The translations under genes and the position numbers were made by a program. Of a stretch of DNA of 26,095 nt, positions 1 through 8,300 are shown in pieces (the stretch's first letter is position 1; each line of letters opens with the position of its first letter). This DNA is from a virus (Duplodnaviria > Caudoviricetes), in the IMG/VR virus record IMGVR_UViG_3300031951_001069, positions 1 through 26,095 of that record; one strand, 5' to 3'. The notes below the pieces were generated by a model, which made no database searches, had not been told where the DNA came from, and worked only from the letters and a program-made list of their open reading frames with translations.

Positions 1-142
1 GGCCGCGCCTGGCATGTGCGCAGGGGCCCGATGGGGCCGCGGCGGCCCGCCCGGGGGGTGGTGGCGGGGGGGGGGGGGGGGCGAGTACCCACCAGTCCCT
101 CCAGAAATATTCACCATTGGTGGTGGCCCGGTGGTGGCCCGG

Positions 143-173
143 TGTGGATAACTGTTGTGTTTTTTGGGGATAA
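143..173 (-). promoter_or_regulatory. Pair of DnaA-box-like sites
   Basis: TGTGGATAA at 143-151 is a perfect TTATCCACA on the minus strand. TGGGGATAA at 165-173 has one mismatch. Same orientation, 22 bp apart. Confidence 0.5.
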
Positions 174-185
174 CTACCCTGTTTG

Positions 186-221
186 GTTACAACTTGGTAA
201 CAATGTGTGTCAGTTCGTTAC
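186..221. promoter_or_regulatory. GTNAC-N6-GTNAC repeat (OmpR-family GlnR/MtrA-box-like)
   Basis: GTTAC(186-190)-aacttg-GTAAC(197-201), with a further GTTAC at 217-221. Resembles actinobacterial GlnR/MtrA half-site spacing. Confidence 0.3.
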
Positions 222-583
222 AAAGGTCCTTTCGGCTAGGATCATGTTCTTATAGGGGTTCCAAGAGGTGTGTCCACCTAAGAGGGACGAGCGAAGCGAG
301 TCCCGACGACGGTCCTCACTACGCTCGTCTGATGGGGGTGAGAGGGGCCATGAGCCCCTTGAACCCCCTCCTCGGGGCAACGGAGTTGCCCCTCAGGTTC
401 CCCCAGTCGATCCCCTCCTCCCACCTTGGCGGTGGTCGGGGGAATGTTGTCCGATCATCGGACGAGCAGGGTACAGCCGGTCGGGCTTACTCCCTCCCGG
501 CTGCTAGGCGAGTTTCACTCGCCGACTTACATCTCGCCGCTCTGCAAGGTTCATGTACTGGGTAGAGCCTTGAGGAGGTGTCC

Positions 584-2473
584 GTGGCGAACCCACACCG
601 CCGGGACAACCGCCCGGCTGAGAAGGTCAAGTCCGATCTGGTGAACCTGCTGAGGCAGGGGTCCAACATCGCTGACGGGCTGAAGATCGTAGGCCGCTCC
701 CGCTCGTGGTACGAGGAGCAGCGGCGCAAGGACAAGGACTTCGCTGCACTGGTCGACAAGGTGCGGGGCATGGTGAACAGTCCCGACATGCGTGAGCAGG
801 ATGCGGGGGAGTTCGAGGAGTTCGCCGAGAAGTACCTCGGCATCAGGGTCTGGCCTCACCAGCGGAACATGATTGACCTGCTGGAGGGCCGGGAGCCGTC
901 ATGGCTGCATCCGTCGATGCAGTATTCGCGAGGGTCGGCAGGGCACACACGAATCTTGGTGAACGTGCCACCCAACCACGCGAAGACCATGACGGTCTCG
1001 ATCTCGTATGCGACGTACAGGATGATCAAGGACCCGACGCTGTCCATCATGATCATCTCCAAGACGCAGGACATGGCGAAGAAGATCCTGTATGGCATCA
1101 AGCAGCGCCTGACTCATCCCCGCTACGCGGATCTTCAGTTGGCGTTCGCCCCGGTGGATGGCTGGAAGGCCGATGCGGACCAGTGGTCCGCCACCCGCAT
1201 CTACCTCGGTGGGGATTCCCGTGACACGGGCGACAAGGACCCCAATGCGGAAGCACTGGGCATGGGTGGTCAGGTATACGGCGCGCGTGCAGGGTTGATC
1301 ATTGTCGATGACGCGGTCACGCTGGCTAACGCCAGCGAGTGGCCGAAGCAGATGGAGTGGATCCGGCAGGAAGTCGGCACCCGGCTGGGGCCGGGGGGCC
1401 AGTTGCTGGTGGTGGGCACCCGCGTGGCGTCCACGGACCTGTACTCGGAACTGCTGAACGAGGAGCACTACACGGACGGTCTGGTCCCGTGGACCAGCCT
1501 CGTCATGCCAGCGGTGCTGGAGTATGCGGAGTCCGAGGAGGACTGGCGCACCCTGTGGCCGTGGTCGGAGATGCCGTTCACTGACGCGGATGAGCCGAAC
1601 GAGGATGGGGACTACCCCCGCTGGACCGGATCCCGCTTGGCGCGGGTCCGCAACGAGGTCGGCCCCCGCAAGTGGAGCCTCGTGTACCAGAACGTGGGCG
1701 TGGAGGAGGACTCCACGTTCGACCCGGTCTGCGTGCAGGGCTCCGTGGATGGGATGCGCAAGGCTGGACCGCTGAACCCGGAGTTGAAGGGCCACCCGGA
1801 ACGGGTGGAGGGCTTCTACCGGATCTGCTCGATGGACCCGGCTATCGCCGGGAACACGGCGGCGGTCGCCTATGCGGTCGACAAGGCCACTGGGAACAGG
1901 TACGTGCTGGACGTGAAGGTCATGACCGGCCCGACACCGGCCATGATCCGTGACCTGATCTACGACATGACGGAGATGTACAAGCCGCATGAGTGGATTA
2001 TCGAGACGAACGCTTTCCAAGGCTTCCTCGTGTATGACGAGGAACTGAATCGCTTTCTGGCGAACAAGGGCATCACCCTGAAGCCCCATTACACGGGCAG
2101 CAACAAGCAGGATCCGGACTTCGGCGTGGCCTCGATGGCCCCGCTGTTCGGTTCGGTGGCGACTGTGCAGACGATCCGCAGGCATCAGGGCGACAACCTG
2201 ATCTCCCTGCCGTCTACCCAGTCGTACGGAGTGAAGATGCTGGTTGAGGAACTGATCGCTTGGTCGCCGCTGGTGAAGACCAAGAACCGCCGTCAGGACA
2301 CTGTCATGGCGCTGTGGTTCGCGGAGACCCGGGCTCGGGAGGTGATCCAGACAGTCTCGAAGAGGAACTTCTTCGCGAAGGCCTCGGGGTTCACCAGCCA
2401 GAGGGATCTGGACCGTAGGTACGTCGTCAATCTCGACGACGTGCAGCAGCAGAATCAAGCAGCATGGATCTAG
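584..2473 (+). CDS. terL: Terminase large subunit with N-terminal HTH-like extension
   Basis: Walker A variant NVPPNHAKT, Walker B LIIVDD, coupling motif VVGTR, RNase H-like SMDPA...IIETN...QDTVMALWF. RBS GAGGAGG at 572-578 favours GTG 584 over GTG 578. Confidence 0.93.
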   Translation: MANPHRRDNRPAEKVKSDLVNLLRQGSNIADGLKIVGRSRSWYEEQRRKDKDFAALVDKVRGMVNSPDMREQDAGEFEEFAEKYLGIRVWPHQRNMIDLLEGREPSWLHPSMQYSRGSAGHTRILVNVPPNHAKTMTVSISYATYRMIKDPTLSIMIISKTQDMAKKILYGIKQRLTHPRYADLQLAFAPVDGWKADADQWSATRIYLGGDSRDTGDKDPNAEALGMGGQVYGARAGLIIVDDAVTLANASEWPKQMEWIRQEVGTRLGPGGQLLVVGTRVASTDLYSELLNEEHYTDGLVPWTSLVMPAVLEYAESEEDWRTLWPWSEMPFTDADEPNEDGDYPRWTGSRLARVRNEVGPRKWSLVYQNVGVEEDSTFDPVCVQGSVDGMRKAGPLNPELKGHPERVEGFYRICSMDPAIAGNTAAVAYAVDKATGNRYVLDVKVMTGPTPAMIRDLIYDMTEMYKPHEWIIETNAFQGFLVYDEELNRFLANKGITLKPHYTGSNKQDPDFGVASMAPLFGSVATVQTIRRHQGDNLISLPSTQSYGVKMLVEELIAWSPLVKTKNRRQDTVMALWFAETRAREVIQTVSKRNFFAKASGFTSQRDLDRRYVVNLDDVQQQNQAAWI

Positions 2474-2485
2474 AGGAGGTGGCGA

Positions 2486-4294
2486 GTGGCTGAGTTCGCC
2501 AAGAATCTCGCTGACCGCGTCGAGGTCACCCGTCGCAAGAACGTAGACCGCGACCAGCGCATGAAGGCCGTTGCTCTCATTCGCACCGGCCATGCGGAGC
2601 AGGTCTTCAAGGGGATCTTCCCCTCAGACTGGCCGAAGCCTGTCATCGCCAACTTCATCGACGTCGTTGCCAAGGACACTGCCGAGATGGTGGGCGTCCT
2701 GCCCACGCTCTCGGCTGCTGGCGACTCTGTGCTTGACGAGTCCAAGCGTTCCAAGCAGGACAAGTTGTCCCGCATCATCAACTACCTCGCCTACTCATCC
2801 CGGCTGGGCACCAATCTGGTGACCGCAGCCGACCGGATGGTGACGTACGGCTTCGTCCCGCTGCGCGTCGAGGCCAACTTCGACTCCCAGCGTCCCCACA
2901 TTCACGTAGATGAGTGCATGGGAACGTACTTCGAGGAAGACCGTTGGGGCGAACTGGTCTCCTACAGCCGCGTCATGCGGCACCGGATCTCCACACTGAT
3001 CGCCATGTACCCGGAGCATGAGGCTCTGCTCTCAAAAGACTCCTCCATCGCGGGTACATACTACGGAGTCGGCAAGAACGACCCCACGGTAGATGTGATC
3101 AAGTGGATGGACAGGGACAAGACAGTCCTGTTCGTGCCCCAGCGCGACGCGCTGGTGCTGAGTGTCACCCCGAACGAGATCGGGCGCATCCCGGTTTCCA
3201 TCGCGAAACTGCCCAGTCTGGACGGTGAGGCGCGCGGCCAGTTCGACGACACCCTGTGGGTGTACGCCGCCAAGGCCCGACTCGCTCTGCTGTCGCTTGA
3301 AGCGACGCAGAAGGCGGTCGAAGCGCCCATCGCCGTTCCGCAGGACGTGCAGGACTTCGCGTTCGGGCCGGATGCCATCCTCAGGAGCCAGTCTCCTGAG
3401 CGCATTCGACGTGTATCGCTGGAACTCCCGCAGTCAGCGATGATCGAGAACCGGACACTGGACGACGAACTGAAGTTCGGTGCCCGGTTCCCGGAGGCAC
3501 GGGCGGGTCAGGTGGACGGATCCGTGGTCACGGGTCGCGGTGTGCAGGCCCTGATGGGTGGTTTCGACCAGCGCATCAAGGTGGCACAGGCCATGCTGGG
3601 CGAGTCGATTTCCGAGGCGCTCAGCATCGCCCTTGAAGTGGACGAGAAATACTGGCCCACCCTGAAGAAGGACGTTCACGCTTCCGTGAACGGCTCGCCG
3701 TACGAGTTGACGTACACCCCGGCGAAGGACATCAACGGGAAGTACACCGTCACGCAGGAGTACGGGGTCATGGCTGGCCTCGACCCGAACCGTGCACTCG
3801 TGTGGATGCTTCAAGCACTCGGCCCCGGCCTCGTCTCCAAGTCGTTCGTCCGCCGCAACCTCCCCGTCAACATGAATGTGACGGAGGAGGAGAAGGTGAT
3901 CGACGTGGAGAAACTCCGCGACGCCGCAATGATGGGTGCACAGCAGTACGCGCAGGCGATTCCCGCCATGGCTGAGCAGGGCGGTGACCCTGTCACCGTC
4001 ATCAAGGCGCTCGCCTCCATGATTGAGTCCCGCAAGAAGGGCGTCCCCATCGAGAAGGCGATTGAGACCGCCTTCCAGCCCCCCGAGCCCACCCCCGCCG
4101 AGGTAGCACAAGGCCCAATAGCACCCGAGGCTCAACCCCAAGGTATGGGCGAAGCCCCCGGCGGGGGTGCACCAATGCCCGGCGGTGGCGGTCAGCCACC
4201 CGGGGGCCAGAACATGATGCAACTGCTTGCTCAGTTGGGCAGCAGTGGCAAGGGAAGCATGAGTGCTCGCACCATGCGACAGTCACCGATCTAG
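2486..4294 (+). CDS. Portal protein
   Basis: 602 aa directly after terL with RBS GAGGAGG. Portal-like size and segments (GEARGQFDD, SVVTGRGVQALMG) and a Pro/Gly/Gln-rich C-terminal tail. Confidence 0.85.
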   Translation: MAEFAKNLADRVEVTRRKNVDRDQRMKAVALIRTGHAEQVFKGIFPSDWPKPVIANFIDVVAKDTAEMVGVLPTLSAAGDSVLDESKRSKQDKLSRIINYLAYSSRLGTNLVTAADRMVTYGFVPLRVEANFDSQRPHIHVDECMGTYFEEDRWGELVSYSRVMRHRISTLIAMYPEHEALLSKDSSIAGTYYGVGKNDPTVDVIKWMDRDKTVLFVPQRDALVLSVTPNEIGRIPVSIAKLPSLDGEARGQFDDTLWVYAAKARLALLSLEATQKAVEAPIAVPQDVQDFAFGPDAILRSQSPERIRRVSLELPQSAMIENRTLDDELKFGARFPEARAGQVDGSVVTGRGVQALMGGFDQRIKVAQAMLGESISEALSIALEVDEKYWPTLKKDVHASVNGSPYELTYTPAKDINGKYTVTQEYGVMAGLDPNRALVWMLQALGPGLVSKSFVRRNLPVNMNVTEEEKVIDVEKLRDAAMMGAQQYAQAIPAMAEQGGDPVTVIKALASMIESRKKGVPIEKAIETAFQPPEPTPAEVAQGPIAPEAQPQGMGEAPGGGAPMPGGGGQPPGGQNMMQLLAQLGSSGKGSMSARTMRQSPI

Positions 4295-4314
4295 AGGCCG
4301 GGAGGAGGAAGCAC

Positions 4315-4494
4315 ATGAGTGAAGCAGACTTCGGTCTTACCAACAAGGGCGGTCATGTCATGGAAGGTCCCGTACCGACCGTGATCGACGCTGGTATGCC
4401 AACTGCCGGTAGCCCCGGCAACGGCGAGGTGGTCGGCCTGTTCGCAGGCGAGCACAGCCTCGGCGGTCCCGTCTCCAGCGGACCCATCAAGTAA
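4315..4494 (+). CDS. Small Gly/Pro-rich hypothetical protein (59 aa, MSEADFGLTNKGG...SGPIK)
   Basis: Absent from the ORF track. Strong RBS GGAGGAGG at 4301-4308, ATG 4315, TAA 4492-4494, phage-like codon usage, fills the gap after the portal. Confidence 0.75.
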   Translation: MSEADFGLTNKGGHVMEGPVPTVIDAGMPTAGSPGNGEVVGLFAGEHSLGGPVSSGPIK

Positions 4495-4512
4495 CGAGAA
4501 GGGGCTGTAGCC

Positions 4513-4812
4513 ATGGCTAAGGAAAACAACATTGTCATCCGTGCAGGCGTCGGCGACGCATTCGCCATGATCGCCGCCGAAGGCAACGGCTACAGCCCCG
4601 ATCTCGTGCACGACATGATGGCGCGTACCCACGAACTGCTGGGTCAGGTGCTGAAGGAAGCCATCGAGACGGGCTATATCCGTACCGATATCGACGATGA
4701 CATCGATGATGACATCGACGAGGACGTTGACGAAGACGTCGATGAGGACGCTGACGAGGACGTCGAAGTCCCCGAAGAGGAGGTGGACAATGGCAGGCGC
4801 TGGTGGATCTAG
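4513..4812 (+). CDS. Hypothetical protein with very acidic repetitive C-terminus (99 aa)
   Basis: RBS-like AAGGGG before ATG. C-terminal (D-[IVA]-D-[DE])n tract. Confidence 0.75.
   Translation: MAKENNIVIRAGVGDAFAMIAAEGNGYSPDLVHDMMARTHELLGQVLKEAIETGYIRTDIDDDIDDDIDEDVDEDVDEDADEDVEVPEEEVDNGRRWWI
4687..4770 (+). repeat. Seven degenerate 12-bp in-frame tandem repeats (DIDD/DVDE)
   Basis: gatatcgacgat gacatcgatgat gacatcgacgag gacgttgacgaa gacgtcgatgag gacgctgacgag gacgtcgaagtc. Confidence 0.8.
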
Positions 4813-5212
4813 TGGATTCAACGGCAGTGGTATGCCCATGTCCCCACCGGGAGCCATGTCGATGCGTACCGACATGCAAGCACAGGGAGCGATGGATCTC
4901 CCCGATGCCGCATACGGAGAGCAAGCCCAGTTCCAAGCCGATCAGGCCGGAGCCCCGATGGCCGGAGCACCCGCAGCCATGCCTCCAACCCCTATGCGCG
5001 CACCCACACAGCAGCCCGACGTCCCGCTGACCGACGGTGCCGACTACGGCCCCGGCGCGGGAAGCGCCGCCCTTGGCGGCAAGAGCACTGTGGTGGACGC
5101 TGACACGAAGATGATCGCCAAGTACCTGCCCCAGATGGAGCAGATGGCACTGGCCGAGGACACTCCTGAGTCGTTCCGCCTCTTCGTCCGCTACCTGCGA
5201 GGCGCTCGTTGA
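4790..5212 (+). CDS. Hypothetical virion-associated protein (140 aa, MAGAGGSSG...)
   Basis: RBS GAGGAGGT before ATG 4790 (preferred over 4697). Low-complexity Pro/Gly/Ala N-terminus and helical C-terminus. Confidence 0.75.
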   Translation: MAGAGGSSGFNGSGMPMSPPGAMSMRTDMQAQGAMDLPDAAYGEQAQFQADQAGAPMAGAPAAMPPTPMRAPTQQPDVPLTDGADYGPGAGSAALGGKSTVVDADTKMIAKYLPQMEQMALAEDTPESFRLFVRYLRGAR

Positions 5213-5367
5213 GCGACACCTCGTTCGTGAAGAACATCGCCGCTGGAGTCGACAGGATCGGACTCCAGAACACGCCCCTCATCTGGGCTCTGGCGAAGAT
5301 GCCGTACCCCTCCGCTGAGGAGCGGGACGCCCTATTCGATGAGATCGGCGGTAACCAGAATGGTTAG
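5209..5367 (+). CDS. Small hypothetical protein (52 aa, MSDTSFVKNIAAGVDRIG...)
   Basis: Absent from the ORF track. TTGA start/stop overlap with the upstream gene, TAG 5365-5367 overlaps the start of the giant ORF, phage-like codons. Confidence 0.65.
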   Translation: MSDTSFVKNIAAGVDRIGLQNTPLIWALAKMPYPSAEERDALFDEIGGNQNG

Positions 5368-8300
5368 GCCCGCCGACGATTGGCGTGCAACCCTCCGCCC
5401 ACCCGAGCCGGTGGTGGAAGAGGAGAAGGCGTGGTGGGAGACCGCCGTCGATACGGTCACCGACGCCGCTTCCACCGGCCTCGGCTTCATCATGGGGCGT
5501 TCGCAGGACATTGGCACCGTCCAAGGTGCCGGGTTGCAGCACGCGGTCAACTCGATGACCCCGGTCGCTGCCTCCAATGGCAGGTTGACAACTGGTTCCA
5601 CCTACGCCAAGCCGCTGGAAGATCCCCGCGTGCTCGGCGCTGGTGCCCGCCTCGGTGCCGACCTGCGCAATCCGGCCCTCTCCATCGCTGGCCCGGTCCT
5701 TGCTCCACTTGCCCTCACCATCGCCGCCCTTGACACGGGCACCCGTGCTCTGAACACGGGCATTGGCGGCACCACGCTGCTGTATCAGGGCGCTATTGCG
5801 AACAACACCGGCCAGTTGGACAAGGCTGCGAACCCGCTTCTGCGTGACGACTTCCAGCCCGAGGACGTCGTGCAGACGTTCAAGATGATGTGGGGTGGGG
5901 ACGAAGCCGTCAAGGACGGCTTCGGGAACGAGATCATCGACCCAGCAACGGGTCAGCCGGTGATGGTGCAGAATTCCGTGACCGCTGGTCAGGCGATCTC
6001 CCTCACGGTCGGTCGCTCCGCCCAGAACATGATCGACTTCGTGGTGCCGGGTGACCAGTGGGCCGAGTGGGACAAGGCCATCATCGCTGACACCAACGCT
6101 GCGCTGAAGGACCCGGCGAACAGCCGTGGCCTGTTCTCGTGGGCCTCCGGCCTGTATTCCGAGTTCGACATCTTCAACTACCACGAGCGCGAGTCAGCGT
6201 TCAACCAAGGCGCTGGCCGGTGGATCTCTGGTGCCTCTGACGCCGCGATTCAGTGGTACATCGGTGTCGATGTCATCGCCGCGAAGGTGGCTGGTCACGC
6301 TGGCCGCTCTCTGTTCACACAGACCTTCGAGTCGCTGGGCGACCTCGACACCCTCGCCACGCAGACGGCACAGCACGCTGCGTGGAAGGCAGGGCAGGAC
6401 GCCGCAGAGGTCACCCTCATCGACGGCACCGTGAAGACGGTGGAAGCGCAGCGCACAGCGGCTGGTCAACTCATGGAATCGCTCATGAAGTTGGACGCCA
6501 AGAAGGTCGCACGCCACGAAGTGGCACGTGCGTCCAACAACGGGCTGCTGGTCTCCCGCGTGCTCGGCAACATCAAGGACTACGACACCATGGTGAAGGC
6601 GTTCCGCGCCTTCGCTGGTGACGTACAGGCCATGGACGAACTCTTCGCAGCGGACGCCATCGCGATGGACGCCCTGAAGATGCAGAAGAGCGAGATCGAC
6701 CACTACCGGGCGATCTTCGACATGAAGCCTGAGCAGATGATGGGCTTCTCCGTTGGTGACGTGGCTGGGATGCAGGCGCGGGCTCGCGCCGCTGGCATCG
6801 ACGAGGCAGCCATCGCCCAGATGGACGAGGTCTACCAGCAGGCAGTGAAGGAGAACGCACCGCTGCGCGGTGCCATCGAGGCTTTCGGTGGTCGCAACGC
6901 TGGCGTTTCCGACATCCAGTTCTCCGGGCTGCGCCTCTCGCGACTCCAGTACGGCCCCAACTCCGTGGCCCGGCTGGAAGCCAACGCAGAGAAGGCAGCG
7001 AACCGCGCCATCTCCGGTGGCAACTGGGCTGTCGGTTCGTACAAGGCTGGCGGGGCGTTCGGTCGTCCCATCATGGTGTTCAAGTCCTCCCTCGGCTACA
7101 TGAAGACGATGCGCCAGAACGGCGTCGTCAACCTGTCCGACAACGGCGACGATGCACTCGACATCTTCGCCGAGGCGGACGCTATGTTCGGCGCGACCAA
7201 GATGTTCCGCGTCCTGTCCCGGCAGGGGACGGACGTCACCATGAAGGCTCGCAGCGCCGCTGATCAGGCCGAGGGCATCAAGGTCGAGACTGTCATCGAG
7301 TTCCGCGACGACTTCTACCGTCGCATGGTGCAGGCCAAGAGTGCCAACGAGCGTCGCGCAGTGATGACGTGGTTCGAGAACCGGGCCATGGAGATCATGG
7401 CCGCGTACTACGGCATCGAGCGTCGTCAACTAGACGACATCGCAGCGAAGTACCGGGACACCAAGACCACCGTCGTGCACACGCTTCAGCGTCACGGCTG
7501 GTTCGACGACAACGGCACCATCGTCGCCATGCCGGAGGCGAAGGTCGCACTGGATGATTTGGAACTCCAGTCCCAGATGGCAGAGAACTTCTACCTGATG
7601 GACTTCGACTGGCTGGAGAAGGTCGTCCGCATCGACAAGGGCTCGTTCTCCGCCAAGACCGGCAAGCGTGGTGACACCTTCGCTGGTGCGCTGGACGCCG
7701 TGTGGCGTCCGCTGGTCCTGATGCGTCTGGGCTACACCCAGCGCAACGTGGCTGAGGGTTGGCTGCGTGAACTCGCGTCCTACGGATCCATCGGAATGCT
7801 GGTGGATCGCAAGATGGGAACACGCGGCATCGACGAGTCCGACAAGGCTCTGCTCCGCTGGGGTCAGCAGGGTGGCCGTGCAATCGACCGCACCTTCGGC
7901 AACGCCAAGCGTCTCCTCACTCATGGCAGCCTGCGTCGCGCCGTGCGCGAACTTCAGGCTGGACAGGAGTCAGCCTCCAAGATCCACGCGACAGCAGTGG
8001 ACAGCGAGCAGCGCCTCTCGGCGCTGGACGAGAAGATCGCTGCCCGTCGCGCGAAGGTGGAGAAGCAGGCCCGGATCGAGGAGACCGAGAACCGCCGCGA
8101 CATCCACCACACCACGGCTGGTGCCGTGTGGGAGGACATCGACACGGAGTGGCGTGGCCGGGTGGACGATGCAATGCGTGGCGGCATGTCCGTCATCATC
8201 CCGCCCCGTTTCGTGGAGCCACTCACCAAGAAGCCACGGCGTGACCGTGTCAAGGTCACCGCGTTCACGGACGAGGAAGAGTCCTTCGCCGCTCAGGCCA

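Larger units (their letters stand above)
1..570. other. Non-coding control region upstream of terminase (candidate genome end, origin or packaging region)
   Basis: No ORF with phage-like codon bias. Contains G-runs, an 11-bp tandem repeat (GGTGGTGGCCC at 119-129 and 130-140), an AT-richer stretch at about 145-260 and several inverted repeats. Confidence 0.6.

Noticed and set aside
53-81. G-runs including 16 consecutive G (66-81), possible G-quadruplex
   Set aside because: Near the window edge and the homopolymer length may be a sequencing or assembly artefact. It cannot be supported without reads.
16-644. Short ORFs called in the left region (16-255, 155-565, 268-507, 426-644)
   Set aside because: No RBS, atypical codon usage and low-complexity translations. 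The region is better explained as structured non-coding DNA.
899-2593. 564-aa minus-strand ORF antisense to terL, and similar long antisense ORFs (6194-7429, 18678-20126, 20973-22592, 23297-25594)
   Set aside because: Shadow ORFs expected from strong GC3 codon bias. They have no RBS or recognisable motifs and fully overlap well-supported + strand genes.
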